Origin: Paramecium tetraurelia | Lineage: Eukaryota | Assembly: GCA_000165425.1 (NCBI GenBank) | Contig: CT868009.1 | Location: 186,001 to 250,000 of the forward strand | DNA length: 64,000 nt | Reading direction: 5' to 3' | Shown here: positions 39,927 through 53,700 of the stretch, in pieces | Layout of the letters: each line of letters begins with the position of its first letter | Numbering within the stretch: the first letter of the stretch is position 1 | Notes under the pieces: generated by a model | Told to the model about the DNA's origin: nothing | Seen by the model: only the letters and a program-made list of their open reading frames with translations | Databases searched by the model: none | Position numbers and translations under genes: made by a program

Positions 39927-41460
39927 ATGGATTTGAATAATAATATGCACTCAAAAATCCCAAGCCTGAAATGTAATCTTTAGTTTTTAATAATTTTAGA
40001 GGGGGACAAGTCTTTTTAAAGATACCAAAATCCATTGAATGAATTATAAATTAAAAGTGAATCTGACTCGTTTGAGTAGAAGCAACCTGAATACATACCG
40101 CAAATCTAGCCTTACATATTTTATCCCCCCACTCCAATATATCCAATAATAGGTGTCATTTATAGCTTATTGTAGGGGAAATAAAGGATGAGTTCATTGA
40201 TTAAGCTCACCAGTTCATGAAGCATGGAATCCAAAATAGTCTAGCTGGCATGATCTGGTAACAAATCAGAACCCAGGACCAGTTCAAAACTAATTAAACT
40301 GTTTACGGTTGTAAAAAGATGTGCCAAATTGATTCCATGCTAATCGGCAGATATTACAATTAAAAGTATTGGGTAATGAGTATAATGCTATTGAGATATT
40401 TCAAAATTCGAATCAGAAGTATAAATTGGATCATACATAAACTGAAAATACTGGTTGGCTTAAGTCAAGATTAAAATATAGATATAAATCTTAGATTTAT
40501 GTCACATTTGTAGAAATGATTGATCTAATTCAAGAGGAAGGAGAAGTACGCATGAACGCAAGAACTCAAGCAATACGGTTATAAAACGTAAAAGGGTTCT
40601 AAAATCTTGAAAGATAGATTTCATAATTGGCTAAATCAAAAAAAATTTTTGATGCATTTTTGCTAGAAATTTAAAAAGTGTTAGCAGAATTTATTTTCTC
40701 GTCCTTAAATTGACTATTAAATAATGAATGACTTTTAAAATTAATCAGACAAAGTTGCTGAACTTCATTAATTATTTATTCTAAATTTTTTATTTGAAAT
40801 ATATACATATAAATTTTGATTGAATTTATAGAACAATTGAAGCTACAAGATATCAATTAAAAATTACAACATTCACCAAAGATACTATTATAATGATTTA
40901 GGGGGTATATTGAATCTACAGTTTTTTTCGTTTCGTTCATACTAAATTGCATTAAGTTTATCTAAATTTTTTGTAGATCAATAAATGTCATTCTTGACTT
41001 TGCGTTAAGCAATATCCTTAAAATTTGATGTTATCACTTAGTTGAATAGCATTTAATCATGAAAATCAGGTTAGTAACTTTTTAATCTGATAAACAATAG
41101 TTTGAAAGTGTCTTACAAACAAAAAAACTTGTAGAAAAAATATCTTTTTTAAAGATTATATAATTTAATTATTAACAAAATAGAAAATTAATTATTAGAT
41201 ATAAAAATAAAGCAGCTAAGATGAATGATCAATAAGCAAATGGCATTTAGTTTATAAGATTGATTTCAGATAAGATAGAAGGATTTAGGTTACGAATGAG
41301 AATTATTACCAACTAGCAAAAAAATAGGAGATTAAAATGGTAAGGGTAGATAAGATTTGGGTTAATATTCTATTTTAATATATAGTATAACAATAAGAGT
41401 GACTTCGTGGTATATCAAAAACAAAGTTATTGATAGAAAATATGAGATACAATAAGAATA
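39927..41460 (+). pseudogene. Gene-like region; 5' part may be coding, 3' part degenerate
   Basis: A spliceable frame runs from ATG 39927 to TGA near 40711. Downstream coding-like fragments are broken by TGA in all frames. Confidence 0.3.
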
Positions 41461-41653
41461 TCATAATTTTGATTGAGGTGAGATTATTAGAAATCATACA
41501 AAATGATAATAAGCAAATGCATAGAGAGATAGAATTATGCAATTGATAAAGCAAGTATAAATAGATATAAATGTCAAAGAATAGGAACTATTTATTGATG
41601 ATACAATTAATGTTGACATTATTACATTGATATTATTTTGTTTAATTTCCTAT

Positions 41654-42659
41654 TCACTTTTTCAAATACACTAAAATGGTTGTCATGTTATCACAACCTG
41701 TTCCTTAACTTGTGTCTGGGGCTAACAATTAATCCAATAAATCTTCGGCTGCTTTGCTTAATAAGTTTTCAGTGACAGGTGAATTTCCCAAGGTTGTATT
41801 GACATGTTTAAGCAATTCTTAGTGATTGAGAGTTTCAAACACTCCGTCGCATCCCATCAATATGAATCTTCAATGACATTAAAGATCTTACTTGTCTTGA
41901 GGGGTCAACTCTGTTTTTTTGACATCAGGAAAAGCTATGATTAATTGTTCATTAGGTCTCAATTTGCTATCACTCTTATATTCCAAATCTCCCAAGGCCC
42001 TTGATAAATTTAGGTTACCTAGAGAAGATTAAAATAATTAAATTACCATTGACTCTACCATCACTTACAAAACCTCCTGCTCTTTCAATTCTTGACTTCT
42101 CTTCGTTATTATCTGGCTTATGATCAACACTCATATCGAAGTTTGTATTGTTTCTACATAATACTGACCTTGAGTCTCCTGCATTAGCAACATACAAGGT
42201 GTTCTTGTGAATCAAAGCAACATTGGCAGTGCATCCAGCATAGGACTCTATTATTTACTTTAAAAATCACCATCAGTATCGGTGGCCTTATAATTGTTCA
42301 ATTCTTTGGCTCCCTCTGGTGTCATCAACAATTCATCCATCTTCAAGAATGTCTCTTTGAGAGCATCTTCAAATTTCTATTCCTTGAAATTTTTATTCTT
42401 TAGCAATTCATCGATAAAGTGTTTCTCTACGAATTATGCTACCTCTCTTCCTCCATGTCCATCGAACACGCCAAAAACAGATACATCTTGCACTATATCT
42501 GGTCTGTGAATATGTGCATCCTCCATTGTGTTTCTCCACCCTTTGGTATACATCCTAAAAAGTAATACCTTGCATTTCCGAAGCTGCAAATATTACAGAC
42601 TTTCCTTCTCCACTCGTGGTTACTTTCTCTCTTTTTGGTTAACTTAGATATGGCCCCAT
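41654..42659 (-). CDS. PP2C: Protein phosphatase 2C, N-myristoylation-type start
   Basis: MGPYLSQPK..MQGWRNTMEDAH..FGVFDGHGG..AGCTA..ANAGDSR..DHKP..RVNGNLNLSRALGD..GCDG..GCDNMT; four mini-introns. Confidence 0.96.
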
Positions 42660-42716
42660 TTTATTTTAATTTTATTTAATTTCATAGATATCCGCATTTT
42701 CAATATAAATAAATTA

Positions 42717-43400
42717 TCAGTATTTCCCTCTTTGAATCCAATCCGGTTCATATTTAGTCCTCTGTATACTTCCGATTGATTGAACATTTCCAGGTTAAGC
42801 ATTATTGCTAGTTCTGAACATGATATCACAATCCTTTGAAAATCGTTCCTGATTCGTGATGTTGGTATACGAATTGAATTTGTCATACATCTTGGATTCT
42901 GAATAATCAATTACACTTGATGACCCCTCCAAATATCTTCTTATCTTATTTTTTACTATTATTTACTTTTGCATAATTCTTGTCAACTTTCCCGCTAATC
43001 TCCCCCTTTATTCTACCAATCTGCCCATTATTCCATTGGATATCTGCAGGATACAATTCTCGATCCTTCGATTTAATTGCTACTACATTGTCGCCTCTCA
43101 ACTTAAAAATAGGTTTGTGGGAACTTTAATTTTAACTACATGAAAATTCTACAATTCAATACATCTTCTTCTCCTTCCCCTTCAATCTCAGCTAATCATA
43201 GAAGTCTCTCTCTAAATATGCTATTATTCCAAATTACATTCAACTCCATACGTATTCACTGATTTCGATTTCTGATCATTCTTGCCAACTTAAGGCTTTA
43301 AGTAATGATTTGTAATATCATATAGTGACTAGGCTCTTTCCTACTTTCCTTCTGGAAATATTTGTGTTGGCCCATAATTTTTTAGTAATCCAGTCCTCAT
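42717..43400 (-). CDS. Hypothetical protein
   Basis: MRTGLLKNYGPTQIFPEGK.. with mini-introns; last exon ..YEPDWIQRGKY-TGA. Confidence 0.55.
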
Positions 43401-43791
43401 TCTATTTTTTAATTTATTTTGATTATTATATATAATCTATCTTCATAAATCTATTATTATGATAACATTTCTATATTTGTAGAGTATATTAAAGAATAGT
43501 TAAGTGATAGAGTATTGTCTAATTCAGTTATTTTTCATTTATCCTACATTGAGTATTATATTAATTGTAATTAGTCTATGAAATATAAATGTCAAAGAAG
43601 TAATTTTACTAATATATTAATGAGAATCAAATTTAATTGTTATTGATTATTCAAATTTCATATTAAATATGTATCCTTTTATATTTTAATTTCTGAATTC
43701 TAAAATATCTAAATTTTCATTCTAATAGTAATCCAAAAACTATTTGTAAAGCATATAATGTCAAAATATGAAAACTTTGAATTTAATGAAT

Positions 43792-44905
43792 TCAATATCG
43801 TGTAATCTATTTATTTCTTTTAATTAATCGATTTATTAAAATAGGTTGTGTTGAGAATTGAATTTATTGAATGCAAAAGAATTCAGAAGCAACTGATATT
43901 TTTATTAACTTTCCCCTCTTTACTGCTCCTTCTGTTATGGATTTATCTATTTCAGATGAGTCAATTTAAATGGGAATAGCAACCTTTTATATGAGAATAT
44001 ATAATAATCATAAATAATGGAAAAAACAATTACTCATCATTGCTATTTTTCAATAACAAAACTTGAATTACAGTAATTATTAAGACAAATTCTTGACAGC
44101 CCTTTGAATAAAGGACTGGAAGTATGAGTAGATACATAAGTACTTCGTTAAGCACTTTTAGAATTCTTTGTTCTTTCAGTCTCTTTAAAGAGTTTCTTGT
44201 AATTGTCTTGTAACTCAATTAAGCTTTCGTCTTTTTCAATCATTGTTATTTTTAATCTCTCAATATCAATCTTACCCTATTGTATAATTTTTAATTAATC
44301 CTGTATCTGCAATCTCAGTAGTAATAAATCTTCAGAATACTATTAATTTTCAGTTTCCAAAATCTTGATCGTTTGAAGAAGCTCATAAATGTGTCCCTGC
44401 AGTTTCTTATTGCATTCTTATGCCACATAAATTTGGGCTGATTCATAATAACAATAATTAGTACATTGGTAAGAATTAGCCTGATTTTTCATTTGATTGT
44501 GAGCCTTCAATTTGAGGTTCAATTTCATCAAAGCCTGGTAGTTTTAAGCATCTCTCTTCAAACTCTCATATTCAGCCTTCGATACTGAACTAAATATACA
44601 TTGTTACATACTTCTAACTGTATCATCTTTCAACTCTATGATAGAATCCTGACTTAGGTGGCGGTTTGTGTTGTTCGTTGGATTTGTGGTGTAGTTTTCG
44701 TCCTTTTTGCAACTAGAAAGAAAATAGTATGCCTTCATTAATAATCAAGTTCACTTACTTCCTACTGAAACTCCGGTGACTATTAACTTGAGTTATCATC
44801 TCCGAATGATGGGATGTCTAAAGTTTTAACCTCGATTTTTTTGGTTTCGCAAGGCTCAAACAAATCATGAATTTAAGTCTATGTTAAATATATGTTAGAA
44901 GACAT
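43792..44905 (-). CDS. Hypothetical coiled-coil protein
   Basis: MSSNIYLTQTQIHDLFEP.. with multiple mini-introns; ends ..KQITRY-TGA. Exon structure is approximate. Confidence 0.55.
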
Positions 44906-44948
44906 TCTTTTAACAAAATAATTTTTTTATTTATATTTTTAATAAATT

Positions 44949-45638
44949 TCATAACATCTAACCCAGCTTCTTTATTTTTTATTATCTGGCTGATTCTAAT
45001 TGCGACACTAAATAGCTTATCTCCTATTAAAGGTTTTTGAGGTTCGCATAATCGGTCTCCAAAAATACTTACTCGATTTTTCCGCATTCTCTTGAATTGT
45101 CGTACTCCAAATCAAATTTCATAAATATTCTGGGCTTGAACTCCTCCTCATACCCTCTGGATGCTATCTAAAACAATAGAACCAACATATCACTTAGATG
45201 TCGTATCTCCATTCCAAATTCTTATAATAAGGCATGCCGTCTGACTCGATGAAACTGAGTCTCTTGTGCAACTAAGTTGAATTTGCCTCTAATTTCTATA
45301 TTCATCCTAATATTGCATTACTTGTAAAAACAATGCTTTTCTGTCTTCCTTGAATTTCAGGAATTCTACATTTTGTCTGAATTATCTATCCCCAAATTTG
45401 AACTTCCCAAAATAGGACACCAATTTCAATGCCAACCTGAAGTATCTATCTGCTTCATTCTCATCAATTTCAAGCACCTCTGTAAATATAATTAATCTCT
45501 ATCTAAACCTGCTAATGTTGTTTGAGTATCATGCTTAACGATGTAACTTATAGCAAAATTTATGATTTTTTCATATGAATTTAAATCGACTCCATCCAAA
45601 ATTTGTACTTCTTCAATAAATTTATCACTCAAAATCAT
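44949..45638 (-). CDS. COMMD2: COMM domain protein (COMMD2-like, Commander/CCC complex)
   Basis: MPYYKNLEWRYDIQIASRGYEEEFKPRIFMKFDL..FLETDYANLKNLQQEI matches the COMM domain, best COMMD2 (LEWRLDVQLASR..P..TD). Confidence 0.75.
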
Positions 45639-46039
45639 ATTAAGGAAAAATTTTAATAAAAACTATTATTATCATTTTTCATTGCAAGAATTATTATCAC
45701 CTAATACTAGGGGCTCTCTGTTACTTAGAGCAATTCAAGATTATCTATAACATAGTATGAACTGAATTAAAAATACTCATCAAAATCTATTGTAGAATTT
45801 CAATTGGAACAGCTAACACTATTAACAAATTAAGATATCAATATGTGGGTTTTCATGAGAACTAATTTGATCATTAAGAAATTATGATTATTGTATTTAT
45901 TCATATTGGATGTTCAGATATTGAAGAAAATCGTAAGAAACATTTAATAAATAGGATTCTAATTAAAGATAAAAAATATTAGAATCACAAAGATTAAGAC
46001 TTTTTCTGAAATGATGATTATTATTTATAAATATTAAAA

Positions 46040-46766
46040 TCATTTTTTGAAAGATTAAACTTGCTTAACATTATTTGAAAACACTGGTTTTGGTAATTTA
46101 GAAGCAGGAGTTAACTAGTTTCTTCTAATTGTTGTTTTTTTTTCGCTAATTGGAATTTAATGAGGTTGTATTGTTAATTATTGCTATTAAATCATTGGCT
46201 TTACTGCCGATTAAGATATTTATTATTATTATTAAGCAATTTCTGTTTCAACCTTCCCATTACCATTCAGTAATTCTCTTTCAAATTGCTTGAGCTATCT
46301 TTAAAATCCAAAGTTAGGGCAAACTACACTTCTCTTCAATCTTGCAAATTAAAATGCTTCTTAAAATGACATCCCCTATTTTCTCATGAGATATGCAATA
46401 ACTGTGGCAGCTGATCTAGATACACCAGCAGCACAATGTACAAGCACGCTGCCCTTTAGTAGACCCTCGTCTATTTATTAATAGGTATCCCCCCATATTC
46501 TCTTTATATTACAGGATTCAATATCCAGAATATTGTAAACCTATGATTATGTAAAGAATTAATACTTTATGAACAATATCAGAAGTAGGAGGATATTTAA
46601 CATTTAAACCTGATGCAACTGTTAATACGGTTTTGATATTCTTTTATTTCAAGAGTTATTGATTGATTGCTGCAGTGTAGTCTCCTAACCACAAAGCTCC
46701 TTAACTCTCTGTTTAATCTAAAATGGTATTCATGCTTTTGTAGTTATTTATGCCTCTAAATAGCAT
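46040..46766 (-). CDS. Dual-specificity protein phosphatase
   Basis: LWLGDY, NILDIE, LVHCAAGVSRSAATVIAYLM and CPNFGFQRQL. Confidence 0.93.
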
Positions 46767-47494
46767 ATCGATGTAGATTATTATTCTAGAAATAAAAATA
46801 ATTAATAATTTAAATAACAATTTAGTTCAAATTTATATTAACTAAATTCTTTCAAAATCTATTTTCCACATCCTTTGAAAAATAACCATTCATCCTTAAT
46901 TCTATTAGTTGCTTAAATTAAATTATTCTTAGAACTATTTCTTGAGTACAAAAAATGTTAGATTTAATCATAATTATGTTGTAGATTCAAACTAGAGTTC
47001 CAATAATTGATTCATGGTTTGCAGAATATTGAATTACTGTGAAAATTCAAATAAATTTGAGCAAAGGATATTGTAAAATTACAATAGGATATTGATTATT
47101 TAATTCAATAATTTATTAAGAAAGAATTAATAAATTCAATACTCAGTATTATTGAGATATCACAATCAAATTTGATGACTGTGCTAATTTACTATCCATT
47201 TGAGAGGAACAGTCTCTATTGGTTATTAGAATGTAATGAGAATATTATCTGAAATAAAGTAAAATAATTGCAGAGGGAGAATTAATTTTTATTAATTTAA
47301 ATCTTCATATTGTTAAATTAATTAGTAGAGAAATGATTGTTCTTCTCAAAAGGTCTGGATGTGTGACAAATGCGAGTGATTTCTAGGGGAAAGAAAAAGC
47401 ATTTAAAAATCCTGTGTTTTTGAGCTGATTATTAAATACCTAAGGATATTAATTAAATCAACAAAATATTTTCCAAACATCAGTTATTAACATA

Positions 47495-48116
47495 ATGTCT
47501 TCAAATATTTAAAGTGCTGCCGTAACAAATGAGATCTCTTAAATGATTGCTGAATATAACCCAGAAGAAGAGATGCTAGAATTAGCTTCTTCATAAAAAT
47601 ACTTCTCTGATTTGTTTGACGAGATTGTAGGAATAAATATTTAAACCCTAGAGGAAAAGCAAAATGCAGATGAGTAAGACTTTTTCTAATTATGTTTTAG
47701 ATAGTTGAGCAAAATTAAGCTTAGAATTAGAAAAACTGGGAAATCTGTAAGAAAAGGGAATAAAATTAGTGCGTTTTAGGTGAATAGAAGTACCATGGTC
47801 GAGGGAAATTCATTTAAAAAAGGCGATTTTAATAATGATTACTTTGAAATGCCAATGTACTAAGAAAATTAAGGGGAATGGCAATAAGAAGAATAGGAAG
47901 CTTAAGTGGAGCAGCTTGCTATTCCCCAGTAATTAATCAGCTTCCCATGCCAAGGTATCTATGTGATTAATTTCAGATTAAGATTTGCTGCTCCAAGATC
48001 AACAAGATATTATTAGAATTAACAAGGTTGATTTGAAGGTCACCAGAAACATTAGCAACTTGAACAAGAACTCCAAGGATTTGAGTTCGTCGTCATCAAG
48101 TCTAATTTCGAATTGA
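47495..48116 (+). CDS. Hypothetical protein
   Basis: MSSNIQSAAVTNEISQMIAEYNPEEEMLE..; introns near 47627 and 47955; TGA 48114-48116. Confidence 0.6.
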
Positions 48117-48446
48117 GGAAGCCCCTTATTTCTGAAGAATTCAGAAAAAAGGGGTTGAAATAAAGTGCGATCACAAAATAAGTGACAATTCTTTTCATCA
48201 ACCACTATAAATAAAATTTTTTTTTAAACATTTCCATAACTTTTTAAAAAAAATTGTATTTTAACTTAGTAACTAAACCAAAAGTAATCCCCACCTAATT
48301 ACGACAAAAGATATAATATCAAGAGGTGAGATAATAACCATTACTTATTTAAGACATTACTTGTTTATGAATATAGATTTAATTTACAATGAATTTTACT
48401 TGTTTTAATTATATTTGATAATCAATTTTTAATTAATTTATTATAA

Positions 48447-49333
48447 ATGAATAAGGATGAGGAAAATGGGCATTCATCATTAAACAATACTCTTGAAAAT
48501 TCCCAAAATTACGCTTATTTATTATAACAAGATTATTATGAGAAATTCAAAATGGGATAAAATTTATACGAACAATCAGCCTCATTATCAAGAGTATCAT
48601 TGGGGGAAAAAACTAGTGAAGATAATAATAATACTTACACCTATATCAATATGATTCATTTACAAGAGCGACTGTCAGATCAGATGGTGAAAAATCAAGT
48701 AACTTGGTTTTTAAATTGGTTAGTTCTTGGAGAATAAAATTGAATAGCTATCTAAAGAATTAGCAGGGGCTTTAAATCATGTCTCATTGCTGTAAAAATA
48801 AAATGAGTTACAATCAGGGTTACTTAAGGATGCAAATGTTAAATTGCAAAAAAAAAATAAAGAGATCGAAATAGAGAAAACCACCAATCTACAACTCAAA
48901 AGAAAGATATCAAATTTATAATAAATAAATACGTATATCTCAAAATGAAATTAGCAATTATTTAGATTAGGTCGAGACTCTATCATTGAAGAAAGAATCT
49001 GTAATCCTCTCTAATTACAAGACTGCTAGTGAGTTTAGGACATCGAACCAATCAAATAATTCTTCTTAAAGAAAATTAAACTCAGACAAAATACATCAAG
49101 GTTTAACTGAAGATTCCACTGTTAAGGATTCATCCTGCAGCGAATAGAAATCTCACGATTTAATTAGATTTTCAGAGTCAGTCTAACAATTCTATAAATC
49201 TTCAAATCTTCTATCTCCAGTCTAATAAGTATCCCCAAAGGCCTAAAGTAACGACTTGGAAAGTAGAATAGACTCTACTTTAGCTTAGATTAGAGCCATT
49301 AGAGTATAGATTTAGCAATTAAATAAAAAATGA
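48447..49333 (+). CDS. Hypothetical coiled-coil protein
   Basis: MNKDEENGHSSLNN..; introns near 48699 and 48932; TGA 49331-49333. Confidence 0.6.
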
Positions 49334-49452
49334 TTAATTTTCAATTTCTTAAAATGAGTATATGTTTCAATTTGATAAAGATATGAAATAGTAATCCTAT
49401 TAATAACTAATAATATTCTAATTGATAGTTTCAAAATATGAATATTTTTTTT

Positions 49453-50758
49453 TCAAATTGAACCATAAAACTATTTCTAACTAGAGGAAAAGGACTCATC
49501 AGTTTCGTCAACTGGTAAGAATGATTCTCCTGCCAATCCAAGTCTTTTCCTGATGAATTTACCTACACACCTATGAAAAAAAATAAAAAAATCTTAATAC
49601 GTTTTTTACTAGCAAGTGATGCATAGAATCACATTAATAACAGTAGCAAGCATAGGAATGTTGGCTAATCCTTTCTTTCTTCCAATACATAAATTGAAAA
49701 ATAAGCCAATGACAACAAGGAATATTATGATGTAAATCACAAAGGCTTAGAGATAATAAGAATACAATTACTTATTCTATCACTCTCCTGATACTTTGCA
49801 TTAATGACATTTTGGACTTTGAATGGATAATTACAATCTTTAATAATCACTAATGTAATATCTTTGAAGTATTGAAATGGGAAAGTGATTTCTATTTTAG
49901 ATGTTCCTAGGTTGAGACACTTAAAATTAAGCGTAAGAACATTTTCTTTTTCAGTTATTAAGCCTCCACTCACTAAATCACCTTCAAACCAAGCTTTAGT
50001 AACATTTTCCATTTCGACATCCACATATGGTTGTGTGAGATTGACCTCTGGAATGGCTTTAAGAGTGGTTGTATCAATTATGAAGCCTTCTGGAATGGGG
50101 TCATTGGTAGGATTGGATTGTTTCATTTGTAAAATAAATTTGATAACATTAATGTCTCTAGCTACATTGAACACGTAATTATCTAAATCTTAATCGAAGT
50201 ATGAGGCATTAATGATTTCTGAGTTCTTGATGATCTCTTGTCTATAGTTTTTATAAATCATATCTACTGCAAATCCCTCTCTTAATGTGAGTGGATTTCC
50301 ACAAAACTTTTTCCAATAGATTTGAACATCACCACAATTTGGTACAAAAATAGTCATTTCATAATTGATAAGAGTTCCACCATATTGTTTGCATTTGTAA
50401 TTAATTTCAACTGCATATTCTGTATGCTAGCCATTCGGTCTATGATCTAAACGTGTCGCCGAATCAGCAAAGTAATGATCATCGAAATCTAATTAGAAGT
50501 TTTCTAAACTCAAATTAGGATTCTCACTAGTAATGTAAAGGTAATCGATATTTTAAGTCGCTGGAACTATCATTGGGTTTTCTAGGCGAATAACAGGATT
50601 AAATTACTGGCTTTTCTATTCCATTATTTGGACGGAATTCCCTTAGAGACAATGTCATCTTTTGATTTTTTGAGATTTGTGCTTACATGCAATGATTTGC
50701 AAATTTCGCTTGAGTTTACAAAGTGTAAAAAGGCTAGAAGGATATAATATAAAAACAT
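49453..50758 (-). CDS. Type I membrane protein with M6PR/ATG27-like juxtamembrane pattern and C-terminal YGSI motif
   Basis: Signal peptide MFLYYILLAFLHFVNS; Cys-containing luminal part; TM FVIYIIIFLVVIGLFF; tail GRKKGLANIP..DETDES..FYGSI-TGA. Confidence 0.7.
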
Positions 50759-50798
50759 TAAAACAATAATTGAAGAAAATCAAATTGGAATAAATTAA

Positions 50799-53700
50799 TC
50801 ATTGATCCACCTTATGAATCCTATTTAAATATTCTCTGATGGCTTTGATGCGTTGAATGAGATTTAAAGGTATCATTGATAATAACAAGGTCGTCCGTCT
50901 GATCTAAAGGAATGCATACACATATTTACTTCATTATTAATTTTGTTAGCAATTGGCCACCAGAATAATAGATACACCAGAACTAAGACAACTAAGAAAA
51001 CTATGAAGATAGTAACAGTGGTGGTTGTATTGGTATCAATGTCTTTTTGCAAACTTGAATTAAAAGTAACCAACAATTATTGGAAGATCGACCTAATATA
51101 AATGTCCTGCATTTAATCTATTTAATTATTAATAATATACTTATTTCTACAGCAGCAATATCTGTGTACATTAGTGATAATATTTTATTAGTTTGTAGAT
51201 TATCTGTGAAATTGTAAAGGGTTCCTGATATTGTGGTCGATGAGGAATCGTTAAGGAGAGAATCGTAAACAGTAAGCAAATACCTGAGATTTTCAAAATG
51301 ACGGGATAGAGCCAAAGCTAAAGATTCATCAACAATTCCTTTGACGAATGCTTAACAAGTTGCCAAATCTACAGGAGCCACTTGAATGACTTGTGCACAT
51401 GCTCCAGCCTTCATGATTGAATCAAAGTAATCATTGTAAAGGGAATTGTGATAACCCAAATTTAATGAATGATCCTTCTGCATATTTGTATTCAGATTGT
51501 ATAAGTCTTTTACAAAGTCTGTAGAAATAGTCTTGGATACATTATTTTTAACAGGGAAGTTGGAATCCCACAACATTTATCTAAACACATTGTTAGCAAA
51601 AGTGATTGAAGGCACTGCAAGTGAAGTAGCATTCATTTCCTGAATCAGTTCTTACATTGAACTTTGTAAATTGGCACCAATAAGATAATGAGCAATGAAG
51701 TAGGCAATCAACAACCCCATTGAAATGATGAATTTAATGTAAAAGTTACGTTTATCCTTAGAATCATACTTATACTTCTTTCTTTTCTTTCTTCTCCCAA
51801 ATTCTTCAACAACACCTTCTCCTTCTTCATTCTCCTCAAATGACACATCATTCTCTTGATTGGCATCTTCATCCTCACCTATTTATAGAGTATTCGAGAA
51901 GGCTTCACATTTGGCAAACAATTGCTTCACTTTCGCTAAGGGAATCTCTAAGAACAACTTGATAACTTCTTCTTGATTCTGAGAGACTAAATTAAAAGAA
52001 CAAGCAATCCACGGTATGGATACTACTGTAAATACACAGGCAACAATTAGAAGTACGAGTAATACATTAGAATCATAAGCTAGATTTATAAGTTGATTTG
52101 TATAAAGATCTGCACTTTCCAATGTAGCTTGATAGTAGTCATTTAGCAAATTATACCTTATGAAATAGATAGAATCTGCGTCAGGAGTAAAATCTTTGAT
52201 ATCAAAATTCATAACTTCAAAGGCCTTTGAAATGATCTACGAGGTGCCTTGATTGATATCCACTAATTAATTGCTTTCAGCCCCACTGGTATCCTTACTA
52301 ATCATCTTAATGGTGTTAGTAGTCATTAATTCATTCTGTCTACCTGATACTTCAGTAGAGGATTGAATTTTAGATTGGATGTCTTTCAAATCACTAATTG
52401 TAGTGTTCATATTTGTCAATTAGGTTTTTACCTTATCATCTGTGGCTAAAACATTGATTTTATTCAATCTACACAATTCCATTATTTACCATTATATTCT
52501 TTAGCCTAAACCCACTCTTATGTTAGAATCTTGCATCATTATGTATCCCTATTAGATATCAGAAAATAATTATTGTGTCAATACATAATCGAGTAATCCC
52601 AAAACACCCAGACATATAATTAATATAGCAGCACTCCATTTAAAACAGATCATGCTGGTTTAATTGACATTTCTACTTTCTTATAAGAATTAAACAAAAG
52701 TCCTCCTAGATTTATAAATATTAGCATGACCTCCTTCTGCTTCTTCTTCATCATCTTCTTTTTAAATTTACTACATTCCTGCATTTCCTGCTCCCTTTTT
52801 TTATTCATTTTCCTCCTCTTCATCTGAATCTTAATTCTTGAATTCATCAATGTCGAAAAGTTATCCATTGATATATTTCATAGTCCTAATTCCAAGAGCC
52901 AAATCTATTTTCTCATCCTTTTCTCCTACATTAGAAGAAGGAGTCTTTTCATCTTCCTTCAGAGGTTCTCTTTGTGAGTAATCAAAGGTCTCATCTTGTT
53001 TGACACTTGAAAGAGCAGACATCTAGAAATTCTAATCTCCTGAATACTCTCCTACATACTAGTGTTGAGCTTAATCAAATTGGAAATAGAATTTTGTTTG
53101 TGATTCTTTTTTCTTTTATTGAGATTATTCATTTGGATTGAGAAATGATTTTTCTTATTTGTTATTTTCAATCTTAATTATATACCCTTATAATTTAGAA
53201 TCTCTAAACATGATCTCTCCAGCAGTTATATTAAATTTGCCTTAAACCGATTAATCTCTATTCTTAAAATTGATATCTGCTTCTGCTCCTGTCTTATTCA
53301 AGTACTCAGTGATGTTTTCTTAGAAATTAGGTATTATATCTGTTACCTTAGTCTTCTTTTTTGTGATGTAATTCAGATCTATATGAGACATTGTAATAAT
53401 CGTGGCTGAAACATTTTCAATCTCTTGAGTCTATCCATTCACAATCATAAATGCTACGTTTTTAAATACTTTTTCTTGTCTCATAGCTCCAAAGAACTAG
53501 GCACCATGTATAAATGATGGCACATATCTCACATAAATGAAGAATGGGAATATGTATCCATTCTTTGATTTTCCAATGATCATTCTTTCTCTATTCATTA
53601 TTCTGCTTTCGTAAGTTTATAAGTATGTTTCCATGAATTAATCATGTGATTAAGCAAATACATTCGGCATCAAGATATTAACTTTTCTATTAATCAATTC

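Noticed and set aside
42644..42910. ORF-track 88-aa minus-strand ORF running into the PP2C start
   Set aside because: It is an off-frame reading of the last exon of the 42717-43400 gene plus intergenic DNA.
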